Shown: positions 39,981 through 53,649 of the stretch, in pieces
Layout: each line of letters begins with the position of its first letter
Position numbering within the stretch: the stretch's first letter is position 1
Source: Azolla caroliniana
Taxonomy: Eukaryota > Plantae > Polypodiophyta
Assembly (NCBI GenBank): GCA_043228905.1
Contig: JBHGNT010000001.1
Location: 32,674,001-32,738,000 of the forward strand
Length of the DNA stretch: 64,000 nucleotides
Reading direction: 5' to 3'
Made by a program: the position numbers and the translations under genes
Notes under the pieces: model-generated
What the model was told of the DNA's origin: nothing
Databases searched by the model: none
The model's input: the letters and a program-made list of their open reading frames with translations, nothing else

Positions 39981-41446
39981 ATATTATAGCACTTGCACCA
40001 TATGAACCGAAATGGATACCTTGAAGTGTTCATTTCTCTCGCTCTCTTATTGTTGAGTCGATGGTTTTACACCACAACATCAAAAGTTGTCCAAGCTATG
40101 GAGAAACCCCATCACCATGGGCTTTGAACATGTGCCCTAAACTTACCCTCTTTGACTACCTCATGGGTTCTCATACCTATCTTATCTATGTTGCCTTCCT
40201 TTGATGTGAATCACATGTAGTTACTAACAAGTTTGCTCAATCAAACGACATTTATCCATTCATATAACATGTGGGGGAAGTCACCTAAGTGAACAAATGT
40301 TGAATAGGTAATAAATACATCTCCCTTTGAGGTAATGTGCAATGGTCTAATAAAAGGAGTCATGTCCCCAATCCTAGCTAATTTGAGCTTTTGAGAGATG
40401 ATAACACATGAAATGGTGCAAAAATATTGTTGAACCTCCTCCACAAAATAACACAATTTTCGTAATGTCAATATATATATATGCAAAACAATATTGCAAA
40501 GTTTAAGCATCATTCTAGATCTACAAAACATACTAAATTGCACAACATTGGTTAAACAAGACATAGAAATGATAGCCTAGTTCAAGTGCAAAAGGGGAGA
40601 AATACAACCGATGGAGTGGAAGCCACTTCTACAGAAAGATAAGAGTGCAAAGACAACTCGCAATTGTCTTCATTCTTTACACCATTAATTCAACCTTCTT
40701 GAAATATGAGAAGCACAAATATTTGAGAAGATGCTTCAAGTACTTTATCTTGATACATATGCCATATCCTAGACAAATCTTATGCACCAGGGAAATCCAT
40801 GATTTGTAGATGGCACAATCATTCCTCCTAAGTTATTCAACTAACTCCTTAATCTCAAAATGTAAGGCACCAATGGGACACCATTTGTAAGACTGAACAA
40901 AGAGTGATCGATAAAATCTATAAAAGAATAGAAAAGAAAAGAATATATTGCTGAAAGCAGGATAGAACACACAAGACCCCTAGGCTTCATTGCTAGTTCC
41001 AAATGCAAAATCATTGATCTAACAATTTATGACTTTCATGTAGCTCTAAAATCATCCTTTCTATACAGCAAAGTTACAAAACATTATCCTTTTATTAGCT
41101 TTTAACATATGACTGTTATCCAAGTCATGATGAGATGAAAAGACTAAGAGAACTATAGTCATTACAAAGGCCTCAATTTTAAAGAGTAAAACATCTAGAA
41201 CCTTGACTATCTAAAACTGTATTATAAAAGCACCTAGATAACCAAGGATCTTTTTAATGACACATAATCGCGACTCCATTTGGGCAAATCAATCAAACAA
41301 ATAATAATCGACATGCTCATGGGACGACTTCTTCAAAGTGCTCAATCCCACAACTCTTAAATCAAGTTTAGATCACATCTCAATATGCGTTGAAGCTAAT
41401 ATTACCCAAGGCAGCTGTAAGATGCCATGTTTTTTTCAGTAAACAA

Positions 41447-43401
41447 CTATTTTCTCCAATATTTTCTCAGACAAGCCAAGTGAATTAAAAGCTCAGAAGT
41501 CCCTTGGTTGTTTATCGAACTAGTCATAATCCAAGGGGGCAGTTTTTCCATATCCTCTTTGAGCCACCTCAAGAAATCATACACATTCTCTTCGACTGCA
41601 TGCTTATTCCTTGATCTCCTTTTGTCACATTTTGTGAACACTAGTGTGAAAGGAATCTGCAAATGTTACCTTGAGGATTAAGACTTTGTGAACATTAGTG
41701 TGAAAGGAATCTATCTCAATATACAAAAACACCAAAATAACCCTAATGTTTTGGGTATTTCACCATAACATCATTAAGTTTTCAAATATTACCAAGCGAC
41801 CCCTATGCAGTATTTTTTGAGAAGTATTTAGTTAAATTTGTTTGTTCTAATGGGGTATTTTGGAAATTTTGAGAGCTTAAGGAGTATTCTTGTAAACACC
41901 CAAAACGTTAGAGGCATCTTTGCTATTTTTTTCCAAACACCAATGAATTACCTCACCTTGGCTTTAGCAAGCCATTCTATATAACCAAAATCTGATTTCT
42001 TGGGCTTCACACTACCATCAATTAACAACATAACTGATACCAATGACTCTCTTTTAAGAAAATAGTCTCTCGTGAAGTTATCCCAATCCACACGAACATT
42101 GGTAGGAGCTCTAGCGAACCTACATGACATAAATCGTTGTAATCATTTTTTTCCCTCATTCTTTTAAGGGAATAATCCATATACCCCTAACCTTTTTGCA
42201 CATTCCCCAAAATCCCCTATGTTTTCTAAATTCACCAGAATCATCAGATTTCAATTACCAAAACACTCATCAGTTTCAAGTCAGCTTAAAGAACAATTCA
42301 TCTGGTCCTAATTATGAGTTGATATTTAAGGGGTATATTGGTAGTTTTTCCGTTCTATTAATTAAGAAAAGCAATTATGTCTTGAGTTGAGAGATACCCA
42401 TAGCCAGGAAGATCTACTAAATACCAGCTCTTGTTGATGATGAAGTGGTTTATGACTTGGGTCTTCCCTGCAATGAAATGGAGCTGTTAAATCTTGTTTT
42501 TTATTACACATTTAAGAATATGGGTAAGAATTTGGGCCCAGCTCAATTACTTAGAAAGAGAAACAGACCCATTTCCACTCTTGTTTTTTTTAAATTCTAC
42601 TCATTATTCACATGTTTATGCATATTATATTACATACATACACATACGTACGTATGTGCACATGTAGACTCGAAGTGACTCTAACTCTTACCTGGTGTTC
42701 TACAGGTCTTTGCAAGAAGTTTTCTTCTGGCCAAGAGTGTTGTTGATGAATAAGTTAAAAAGAGACAAAGACCCGTGTCCACGTACATTAAATCTTTTAT
42801 TAATTTCATTTCCGATATAAATATCAATGTATGTATGTACACATACATCATATACACATAAAGGTTCATACATAAATACATATACACATAGCTCCAAGTA
42901 AATCTAACACTTACCTGGTGTCTTTGATGTCTTAGCAAGCTGTTTTCTTCTAACCAGAGTGTTGATGAGAGAGGATTTGCCAACATTAGAACGACCCACA
43001 AGAGCAAATTCAAGGAACCCATCTTTAGGGCAATCCTTAACACTGACGCTGCTCTTCAAGAACTCAGCCTGAGTCACAAATTCTTGTCTTGTGTTAGAGT
43101 TAACAAATATATTGGAACAGGGGAGCCTCCTAAGACCAGAAACAGAGGATGCACCAGGAGGGAGAAAAACATCTCCTTCTATGGCAGAGTAATTCGAATT
43201 TGCACTTATGTTGGAGTTTGCATTAGTGTTTGAATTTGAATCCGTATTTGTATTTGAATTGGCTGTGTGATCTAATGGTTTGTTCTTCACCACTGAAAGA
43301 CTTGATGATGATGATGATGATGATGATACAGAGTGTATGGATTCTCTTTGGCCACATAAGTAGACGATGATAGCACACCCTCTTCTTCTCACTTGAAGCA
43401 T
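41447..43401 (-). CDS. EngB/YihA/YsxC-family GTP-binding protein (organellar ribosome biogenesis GTPase); exons 43401-42915, 42467-42398, 42119-41957, 41656-41447
   Basis: G1 [18 protein letters not shown]2 SKTPGKT, G3 [11 protein letters not shown] and G4 LVFTKCDK are all present, with a Ser/Asn-rich N-terminal extension. Confidence 0.93.
41725..41932. mobile_element. Foldback MITE (Mutator-type, long imperfect TIRs) in EngB intron 3
   Basis: The left end CAAAATAACCCTAATGTTTTGGGTATTT..TTAAGTTTTCAAA..ACCCC aligns over about 70-80 bp with the reverse complement of the right end, CAAAGATGCCTCTAACGTTTTGGGTGTTT..TTAAGCTCTCAAA..ACCCC. Confidence 0.65.
42168..42351. mobile_element. MITE-like element in EngB intron 2
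   Basis: The left end GGGAATAATCCATATACCCCT resembles the reverse complement of the right end, GGAAAAACTACCAATATACCCCT. Confidence 0.55.
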
Positions 43402-44979
43402 CGTATAGGCTAACCAATCTGCGTCTAAGGCTTAAGCAAAAGAAAGAGGGGGCTAGCTAACCAAAGGAAAGGTTATATTACATGAAGACCTATGTGAGGA
43501 GCAAGAATAATATTGGTTCATAAACCTTCTTCATCTTCTTGCTCACATTATAAACCCCTTCTACTCGAGAAGAATGCATTAAGCATGGCCCCATCATACA
43601 TACTACTCTACTACATACACATTCATATCCTGGCCCATCAAATATACCAAAATTTATGCCTTCATTCGGTTAGTTATATTCTATTGCTGTAAGCCCAAAT
43701 GTTTGCCTTGTCATAGTTTAGTTTAGTTTAGTTATGGAAGACTAGAAATATCCAGACATTGTCACTTTCATCAATCGCGTATCGAATTGAACCATCGTTC
43801 AATATTCTTCAAATAACTTGGTTCATAATTCTATTTTGTATGCATCTAATGTAAAACTCATTGCCCATGCCAAATAAAGTTGCATGGAGTTACTTAAAGA
43901 CTTATAGCTATTTTTGTAAACTTTCCAACCCTTGAAAGTGTCCATAAGGTTAGGCGAAGTCTAGACAAACAACAATTCTCTTGCACGATAATGTATAACA
44001 AATGCATTCAACTTATTTGTGAAATTACAATTCACACGATAAAAGTGTTATAGAACCATTTATCCTACCATTTTGGTGCTAGCACAAAAGTCAGTTCACG
44101 TATTCATTTTATATGGATGACATCCAAGTATTTGGATGCACTTTCAAATACGTAGATCAATGTTGATGAGACATGCATGTATATTTACATTAAAAAACCA
44201 ATTGAAAGGAGCAAGTGTTATCATTTTGGTCCCTTTACCCCAAACCAAAAGAGCTCAAACTCAAATAAAGACCATAGTATCCCAAACCATAGCATGAAAA
44301 AGCATTTTAGCCACATATAACATAGAGGCTTCTCCGCAACAATCAACAACCTCTTCTTAATTGATTACGAGTAGCCTTATCAAGGTCAGATGCAAATTGT
44401 GCCCATTGCTAATTCAGATTTAGTTGTTGCAGGCTTCGTTATTTTGGGTTGAGATGCAAAGGCCACTCGTGAAACATTGCAAAATAATGAAAAATACTCA
44501 ATCAATCCTTAACATCAAAGGTCGTACATTCACTCAAGTCTCTTGCGAAATTCCGATTGTCATAGAAAACTCTTAGAGTTTTAGCACGCCAATAGTTGGC
44601 TCCAGAAAAGGGTGGAGAATAAAACATGAGTTGGTATGGAATGTGACTATCTCGATCGTATATCAGAGCACGCAAGTGTTCTCGGGCTGGTCTACTATGA
44701 AAGGGGACACCACTTGACCACAAGGAAAAAACACACATAATGGGCGTGACACGATGATTGAACACGGCCACACCATATATGTACATACATACATATGTAT
44801 GTATTTGATATCGAAAACACATGGATCCTGGTGCCGCCGGGTGGTTCCGAGAAAACCACATCAAACGAAGGAGGACCGGTAGAGCGGCTAAATATGCAAA
44901 TTCCCAAATCTGTTTCATATTCATAATGTGAACAAAAAAGACACTCACACTTACACTCTTGTGCTTCTTCCTGTCTCCA

Positions 44980-47521
44980 ATGGCCTCTACAGAGAGCATC
45001 TTCTTCAAGGACCATTACTTCTTTAAAGATCCGTCGAACCTCCCTTCCAACCCACACCACAAGGTAATGTGTTAGAAGCATTTTTCTGTGATTAATTCGT
45101 GGAAATTTTGAGCAGAGACCCAAATGTGCTCAATCCTTGCTTTTTTCTCTCCTTCCATTACAGGATAGAATCCCTATATCCTCCGGCTTCGTGCAGAAAC
45201 AAAGAGAAATTCCATCATCATGCTTTTCACGGGGCGAAGGCGAAGAAAAAAATCTCAGATTTGTTGAATCCAAAGGTATGCAAAAGTTACACAATGACGA
45301 TCAAGCTATTATTACACTTTTGAATGTATTAAAAATGTGCCAAAAAGACAAGGATTTAATGAAAGTGAGATGGATTCATGCTAAGGTTGTTGAGAAAAAC
45401 TTGATTAGAAAAAATGTTTGTGTGGCCACTTCATTGATAACAACATATGCAAAGTGTGGGGCAGTAGAAGAAGCTCGAGAAGTATTTGAGAAGCTTCCAG
45501 AAAGAGATGTTGTTTCATGGAGTGCACTTATCTCTGGATATGCCCTAAATGGGCTAGGAAATGAAGCTTTGAAATGTTTTGAACTAATGAAAAAGGAAAG
45601 AATGAATCCAAATTCAGTAACTTATATCTCCGTTTTGAAAGCATGTGGGATTGTGAAATCTCTAGAGACCGGGGGATTTATAGATGCCGAGATTCGAAAG
45701 AGAGGATTATTCAAGAAAGACATTGCGCTCGGGAATGCATTGATGGACATGTATTGCAAGTGCGGTTCTTTGGATAAAGCAAAGGAAGTGTTCGAAAAGC
45801 TTCTCGTGAGGGATGTTGTATCTTGGAATGTATTGATTACTGGATATGTACAACATCGGCTTGGAGATGAAGCATTGAAATGCTTCAAACAAATGAAAGA
45901 TGAGAGTGTCTACCCAAACGTGATCACTTATATAGGCGTATTGAGAGCTTGTGGCATCATGAAATCTGTAGAGATCGGGGAAGATATAGATGCGGAGATC
46001 AGAAAGCAAGGGCTATTATGGAAAGGCATTGTGATTGGCAACACATTGATGGACATGTATTCTAAGTGTGGTATGATGGAGAAAGCAAAAGAAGTTTTTG
46101 AGGAGCTTCCAATGAGAGATGTGGTGTCTTGGAATGTGCTTATAACTGGCTATGCCCAACATGGGCTCAGTGATGAAGCATTGAAATGCTTTAAAAAAAT
46201 GAATGATGCCAAAGTCTGTCCAAATTCAGTCACTTTTATATGCATTTTGAAATCATGTGGCAATATAGGGTCTCTAGAGATTGGGAAAGATATAGATGCG
46301 AAGATCAGAAAGCAAGGGTTATTGCATAAAGATATCGTGCTTGGCAATGCACTATTGGACATGTATTCCAAATGTGGTGTTTTGGAGAAAGTACGAGACG
46401 TTTTTGAGCAACTTCCTGTACGTGATGTTGTATCATGGAATGTTTTGATTGCAGGATATGCCCACCGTGGGCTTGGTGATGAAGCATTGAAATGCTTCAA
46501 ACAAATGAAAGCTGCAGGACTTCGTCCTAATGCAATAACCTATGTATGCATTTTGAAAGCTTGTGGGATTGTAAGGTCCCTGGAGATTGGGGAAGATATA
46601 GATTCTGAGATCAGAAAGGAAGGGTTATTGCAGAATAACAATGTGCTTGGAAATGCATTGTTGGACATGTATTTCAAGTGTGATGCTCTTGAGAAAGCAT
46701 GCAAAGTGTTTGAAGAGCTTCCAGTCAGGGATGTTGTGACTTGGAATGCCTTAATTACTGGATATACCAATCATGGTCTTGGTTGTGAAGCATTGAAATG
46801 TTTTAAACAGATGAAAGACGCCAGAGTCGTGCCAAATGTGGTAACTTATATTTGCATTCTGAAAGCTTGTGGTATTATGGGGATTCTAGAGATCGGAAAA
46901 GCTATAGATGCGGAGATCCAAGAGCGAGGTTTATTGAAGAAAGATGCCGTGCTTGGCAGTGCATTGGTGGACATGTATTCAAAGTGTGGTGCATTAAAGA
47001 AAGCTCAAGAAGTGTTTCAGAAGCTTCTAGTGCGTGATGTTGTGGCTTGGAATGCCTTGATCACTGGATATGGCCAGTTAGGTCAAGCAAATGTGGTTTT
47101 GGGCCTATATAAACAGATGAGGGATGAAAATGTAATGCCGGACTCTGTTACCTTCATCGTTTTACTGAATATGTGTAGCCATGCAGGTTTAGTAGAGGAA
47201 GGAGAACGACTGTTTGACGAAATGTGTGATGTTTATTGTCTGTCTCCAGTACTAGAACATTACACTTGTATGGTTGATCTATTTGGCCGTGCTGGACATT
47301 TTGATAAGGTGAAACACTTGCTTGAAAAAGTTCCCAATTCGAGCCATCTTCCATTATTCCGGAGTATATTGGCCTCTTGTAAAAAGTGGAGGAATGAGAA
47401 GCTTGCAAAATGGGCATTTGAGAAATCAGTAGAGTTAGATGAAAAGTGTGCAGCTTCATATGTGTGCATGGGAGATACATATGCAATAGCTGGAATGCAA
47501 GATAGAAACCCCGAATTTTAG
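44980..47521 (+). CDS. PLS-class PPR protein with homogeneous PLS triplets, E1 plus truncated E2, no DYW; proposed exons 44980-45063 and 45164-47521
   Basis: ATG 44980 opens MASTESIFFKDHYFFKDPSNLPSNPHHK. A GT donor at 45064 and an AG acceptor at 45163 join it in frame to the 45137-47521 ORF, which has repeated RDVVSWNVLITGY/ILKACG/DMYSKCG and ends HYTCMVDLFGRAG..YVCMGDTYAIAG. The first exon is less certain than the main ORF. Confidence 0.92.
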
Positions 47522-48804
47522 TGATTCATTGATGTGCCTTGCTAGAGCTATCGTCAAAGTGTGGGTATATATATCCAAAGTTGGAGGATATATGTAGCCA
47601 ACGACCATAAGGAAGCCATTCTCCCAACATTTGCATAGAGCAACACGAGCCATTTAGATGATGAAAAGAAGAATGTGGTGTTTCCTCAACAAGAAGTGCT
47701 ATGAGCAACAAAATGAACAACTATTATAGGATGGTTACACCCCAATGTATAAGACGTCATTTCAGATGATAGAAAGGAGAGTATGTTGTGGGTCCTCCAT
47801 GAGAAATTCTATGAGCGGTCTATATATTCAAGTTAGAAGAGATTTGTCAACTGCTATAATAGGAGAGCAATGCTCGTAAAGGTTTTGCATTATATATTTG
47901 AAGCCATCCAGATGATGAAAAGGAGAATGTGTTGTGTCCTAAATGAAAAATGTCATGAATCATGATCCAGGTGATATTCACTTGGGAGGAGAATAGCTCT
48001 CTCAAGATTTCCCATGGTGATTCGTTAACCAATGCTTAATTCCATGTTTAGGGACCTTCGACCTAATAGAAGCCCTGAATCATACAGATGAAGCTGTATC
48101 GATACATGTTAAATAACATGCATAGGAAGATTAACATGTGCAAGAATAAAATGCCAATTACTTCATGAATATTCAGTGAGTTCCTTGTTGTATTCAAATT
48201 TCCATGAAGAGCTTGTCCATTATAATCCTACGTAATGAAAGTGTATGGAGATAAGGCTAGGAATCAGCATTTGTTCAATGTCAAATGGAAACATGAAACC
48301 ATAGCTTGACTGGTTTGGTTCCGTCTGAGTCTTTATCGACTTAAGATTTTGCGGTTTATCCAGCAACAAACCATGCTGAAAATGGCTTAAGGATTGGGGG
48401 ACATTTTATAAATATTTATTAAATATGTAACTTTATAAGTTGTGTAACATGGTATTTTCACATTTTAACTTTGAACTGGAACAATTTGTCCTTTTCCGTT
48501 AGAAAATACTTTTTTAATGAAGAAATAATTAAATAGTTTTTTGAGTTAGAAAGTAGAAATGCAATACTTTTTCAAATAATGAGGAGAAAAATACTCCTAA
48601 CTTCATTGTATCGCATCAACTTTAACCTTTAACTCCAACTCCCTTGACCATGTAACTTGTAATTGTATCATAGAAATAGTGTTACTAGGACAAACAAGGG
48701 AATTATTTATTGCAAGGAGTTTTGAATAGTAGTAAGTGTATTCTTTGGGTATTTTTTAAATTATTTAGGTCATTAAGTGCTTATTTTATACATATACTAA
48801 TACA

Positions 48805-48840
<36 letters not shown>

Positions 48841-49964
48841 TACATATTGCATCACTACGTTAAGTACAGTATTACGCAAAAAATGAGCAATTTCGCATTG
48901 TAACTTTAATGTATTGGTATAACAGCACCGAAGAGGTATTATACGTACCCAAATGTAAAATACTCAAGAGGTATAACAAAGTTTGAAGGAGAAGCTGCAC
49001 ACAAGTATAGGTTATGTCCACTATTCTCGACCCTGGGATGGGCTCTTTGATGCCAAGATGGAAGAATACAATTCTAGAGATTGATGGAGACATAACACTC
49101 AAGGAAGTTTTGGTGGTCTACATTATTCTCGATCCCAAAATGGGTTCTTTGATTCGACAAGGAAATGAACAACTTATTTGGCCAAAACCAGTGAAGAGTT
49201 TCAATTGAGGCAATGCAAATGAAATTGTTGGTAATCAATACTATTGAGTAAATGTGGATCTAAGAGGCACCCTTTGTACAAAGTGAAATACAAAACTTGC
49301 TCGCAAAAGCCTATGGAGGGGTCAAACCACGAAGATTTGGTAGAGAGTGAAACGCAAGTGAATGTCATACTTGTAGACAAATGAGTGTAGATGAATTCAC
49401 TTCATTCCTTGGTTTAAGATTTCGTGCAAAAGTTGTAGAAAAGGAGCAATGTTTAGATTGCTTGAGGGAAATAACCCCGCGTAATTGCAATTGACTTATG
49501 ATGCTAAAACGAGGCATGATCTAATTAGAATATTCTGGATTTTGTGGGTCTGTTCAATTTATAGAAGTCCTTGGGCATGCCAAGGTGTCACCCATCCAAT
49601 GTATTATGTAACTATTGTGTTTGATGTTTTTGCATAAATAAACTTCTACTATAGTTACAAGGTGTTGTTGGGTGTTGGAGAAAGCAACACAAACAAAGGT
49701 GTGGGCAACCAATTATGTTGAGCAATTATGGCTTTGACTCGTGCTTGGCCGATGGGGTGAATAATAGTATACTTTTTCAATGTGTTAGAAGGGCAAATGA
49801 GAAAAAGATACTACACCATAGAAAAAGTAGACGATAACTTTTACAAGTAAATTGGTTGCCTTCTTCTTTCCTTTTTGTATTTATGTGACCACTGCAAATA
49901 TCAGAATTCACTACTCAAGGAAATGACTTATAACATTGAAATTGCTAATATAGCACTACTAGCA

Positions 49965-50110
49965 CACAAACACATGAGTTCCTTTCATAACTTATCTTAA
50001 GTTGAATATGAAGTGGAAGATGTTTGGACTTGATAACACGTAAACACATGAGTTCTTTTCATAACTTATCTTAAAGTTGCATATGAAGTGGAAGATGGTT
50101 GGCCTTAATA
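49965..50110. repeat. About 75-bp direct duplication within degenerate intergenic/TE-derived DNA
   Basis: AAACACATGAGTTC.TTTCATAACTTATCTTAA.GTTG.ATATGAAGTGGAAGATG occurs at about 49968 and about 50042. Confidence 0.8.
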
Positions 50111-52867
50111 GTGTCTATCACATAATGGATGTTAAGGAATGTTGATTTTTAAAAAAAGTTTGTTTTTTCATGTACTTAAAATCCTTCTAGAAAAGCAAGA
50201 ATGTTTTATCTTTTAACCTTTTCCACATAACAAGATTCTTGGCCATTTGTGCACATACAAAGAAACAAAAGATCAATCATATTGATGATAGTAGAAGTGG
50301 CTCTTGTTTGTACTCATGGTTGAGGGGAAACCCACTTTAGTATAATGATAACATTGTAAGGATTTGATTTGACATTGACAATTAGCATCACTCACTCATG
50401 AAAAGCATCAATTTTTTTGTTTTTTGTTTTAGGTTCTTAATTGAACTCTTGATCCAATGTGAGGATGAACATCTTGGATAGGAGCAAATCTTTTGCTCTA
50501 TTTGACATTGGAAATGGATAAAATGATTATATCAAGAAAAACTAAGACATATTACTATGTATGTGAGTGAATTCAAATACAATCATATCTTAAGATTTTG
50601 TTGATTTGACACAACGTGAAAAGAAGTTTCAATAATGTGTGTCTAAAAAATAAAAACGAGCATATTAGGAAAAAGTTAAGAGTGTGAAATTTGTGACGAG
50701 TCAACTTCTTAATTTCTACGCATTGTTGTGCAAGTCTTAAGAAGCCATGGTGCACCTAAGGGAACAAAGAATGCTCCAAGGATATTATGAATAAAAGAAA
50801 GTTATGCGTGGATGAATATATTTGTGCTCTTTCCTAACACAATATAAAAATGGATGCATACATTTAAAAGTGATACGTTGATATGGATGGTAGACCATGA
50901 CGCTATATTGGTGGAACCCCGCCTCCAAGGGAATATCACATGCACTATTTTAATACTTTGTTAGTCTAGAATTGGTTGTTGTCATTAATGTTTTCCATGA
51001 GCACACAAACTCAAGGCATGTGGTCTATCACTTTATCACTTACATTAAAAATATCATGCACCTAGATTGTGAAAGGTCCTTTTCAAGAAATTGTCGGTGT
51101 GATCTTAATTGTGTGGGTTGAAACTCATATGTGCTCTCCCTATTACAGGCATGTGCATTTACATGTCCTAATTTCTAAGACAATATTGGACATTATTAAA
51201 TCACAATTCGATGTATTGTTAGACACAAACTACCCTCCTAGATGTTTGATGAACTTCCCAAGGATGTAGTTAGTTAATCTCATTTAGGGATTAATCACAA
51301 TGAGCTCTTTGGTAATTGCAATCCATCCATATATGCATATTCTCATTTTTTAGCAAAGTTGCACTTGCGCGCGTGCACATACACACATCTTAGTAACTTT
51401 CTTACCTACAAAAAGATAGATACATTTTGACCAATTTGGAATAAGAACAATAACAACGTCGATAGAGACCAGGTTGCCCAATGGAGACCGAGTGGTCATG
51501 GGTTCAACCCTACATTCCACAATGGCATCTAGTGAATTAAGAGTATGGAGTAATAGAGAGGTGATAAATTTGGGTTTTGAACCCAAGATGTAGTGCTAAT
51601 AGTGTAAATGACTTACCGCTAGAGTAAGGTAATTAAGAGAGAGAGATGATTTGGTAGTTTTTGCAACTATGAGGTGGGCACCTTGTCCCCAAAAGACTTA
51701 GATTTATGCCATTTAGTGTCACAACATTGAGCAAGGTTTTGTATTATTGTTATTATTTAGTTTTTATACAAACATAATATATGGGGAGAAAGATTAACCT
51801 ATGTATGCAACATTATTAATTCAAGATGTACAACTTTGGAAATCATGTGTGATATCTGTAACTTTGGCTTGCTCAACATTTTGCATTGTACTCTACTCTA
51901 TCATAAGAATAACCCGTAGTTTATTGGAACAAACTATGAAGCCATAATAATTTCATAATTGCAGGGTTTTAAAAGTTTAGTTACGATTTTACTTCTTTAT
52001 TGAGTTTATATTGTTTATAAAATTATACCCATGACATACCTTTAGGTACATTAATTTGGCTCCAAGCTTTTCTCAAAGCAATTAATTTAGTGATTCCCTC
52101 AAGCCAAAAACGACAAATGTTTGTAGTGCAAATTTTTTGCACCACTATTATGTTGAGCAAGAGCCAAATCTTCCAAACCTCTAGATGTGATGCTTGGTTG
52201 GAGCTAAAAACAATACATAGGTTTTTTTTCTTCAAAATGAATGAGTGACATTCATTCTCGACCACTATATCAATTTCATAAGGGGATGTTTGTGTGCCAT
52301 AGTCACAAGTTTTTTTTTTGCATCTTTTGTTGATTAGACACTTAATCAATGTACCATGCTTATACTTTGTAAGTTGATTTTATTAAGAACCTTGCTTAGT
52401 CAACAAAGTAAAAATTGTAAGCTTTATATGTGAGTAAACGTTGAAAATTATTCCATGTGCTAATATCATTACATATTTGAGTGACATTCCAATTCCCCTT
52501 GTTGATCTTCAAGACATTGACTCAATTCTACATTTGCACATTGAAATGCCCATCCTCAATGTAACTCGATTCTATGGTCGGGAATAATTGTCACGGTATT
52601 ATGGCATTCATATATCATAATTCTCTCTCTAACTATTAATTTGGTAGTTTACATCATCATGGGTGTGACCAACCCCCTAGATAGACTTTGATCATCTTGT
52701 GGATGTCTATAATTTATCTTTCTCTCTCGTCGTAGTGCTCTGCCCATCCTATAGATTGTATTCTCTCTCTCTCTCTCTCTTCCCCCACCCCCTTGGGTTT
52801 GACCAACAAATCATATTTGTTCTCCACGTGGACATTGTATTTTGTATCCTTGGGGATGTTTGTATTT

Positions 52868-52910
<43 letters not shown>

Positions 52911-53649
52911 TTTTCCATGGTTTCAAACCTCTTGGATATTGTATTTTGTATCCTTGTGGACATACCAACAATAAAAGAGAGTGCATCACTTTCATAACAC
53001 CTTGCATATGAGAATGCCAAACACGATTTTCAAGTATTCCTACAATGTACTGCCTTGTGAGAACTCAAAATGGAGATGGAACTTATTGCTAACTATGGTA
53101 GGGAATGCTCATTTTACTCATCCACGTGACTACAAAAACCAATCTCGTGGAAGATTCAAATCGTGAATCTAGGAAACAAACTTTGTTCCATCATTTAAAT
53201 AGAACCCCCATCTATATGTATGGATGCTTTGTAATGAATGTCGGTTCAGGTTCCATGGGGCATGGTAGACCCTCATGAATGGTAATATATCATCATCATT
53301 TTCTCTTAGACAATTGCTTTCTAAAGCAATGATTAGGATGAAAGTGGCATGTTAGTTTAGATCCTTGAGCTTGTGCACGTTGACATCGTAAATGCTATTA
53401 AGAAGCTTTAATATGCCATCTGGCATTTGTCATGGGTTTTGAACTCCCACTCAAAAAAATATCACAATCGCAAAGACTCTCCTATCTAATATCCAAATTT
53501 GTTATTGAATTAAGGATTGAGGTGAACTGATTTAAGACCAAGCCGAATCCATCTCTTTATGATAAAATAAAAATTGATAAGAAAGAACAATAAACATATC
53601 CTAATATTCTCGTTTGAGATTCCTATGTTCGAGAGGAAGAAAAGGCAAT

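Noticed and set aside
39426-40005. Hydrophobic ORFs (YLSI/SLSL repeats)
   Set aside because: Artefacts of microsatellite translation.
45622-47486. Repeated minus-strand ORFs (MKHFNASSPS...)
   Set aside because: Antisense shadows of the PPR triplet repeats.
51465-51520. tRNA or tRNA-derived SINE (A-box-like TTGCCCAATGG, B-box-like GGTTCAACCC)
   Set aside because: The box spacing is too short, no cloverleaf forms, and there is no tail or TSD.
48000-53600. Protein-coding genes in the PPR2-SERK interval
   Set aside because: Only short motif-less ORFs in AT-rich, CpG-depleted, microsatellite-containing DNA consistent with old TE debris. The family cannot be assigned by eye.
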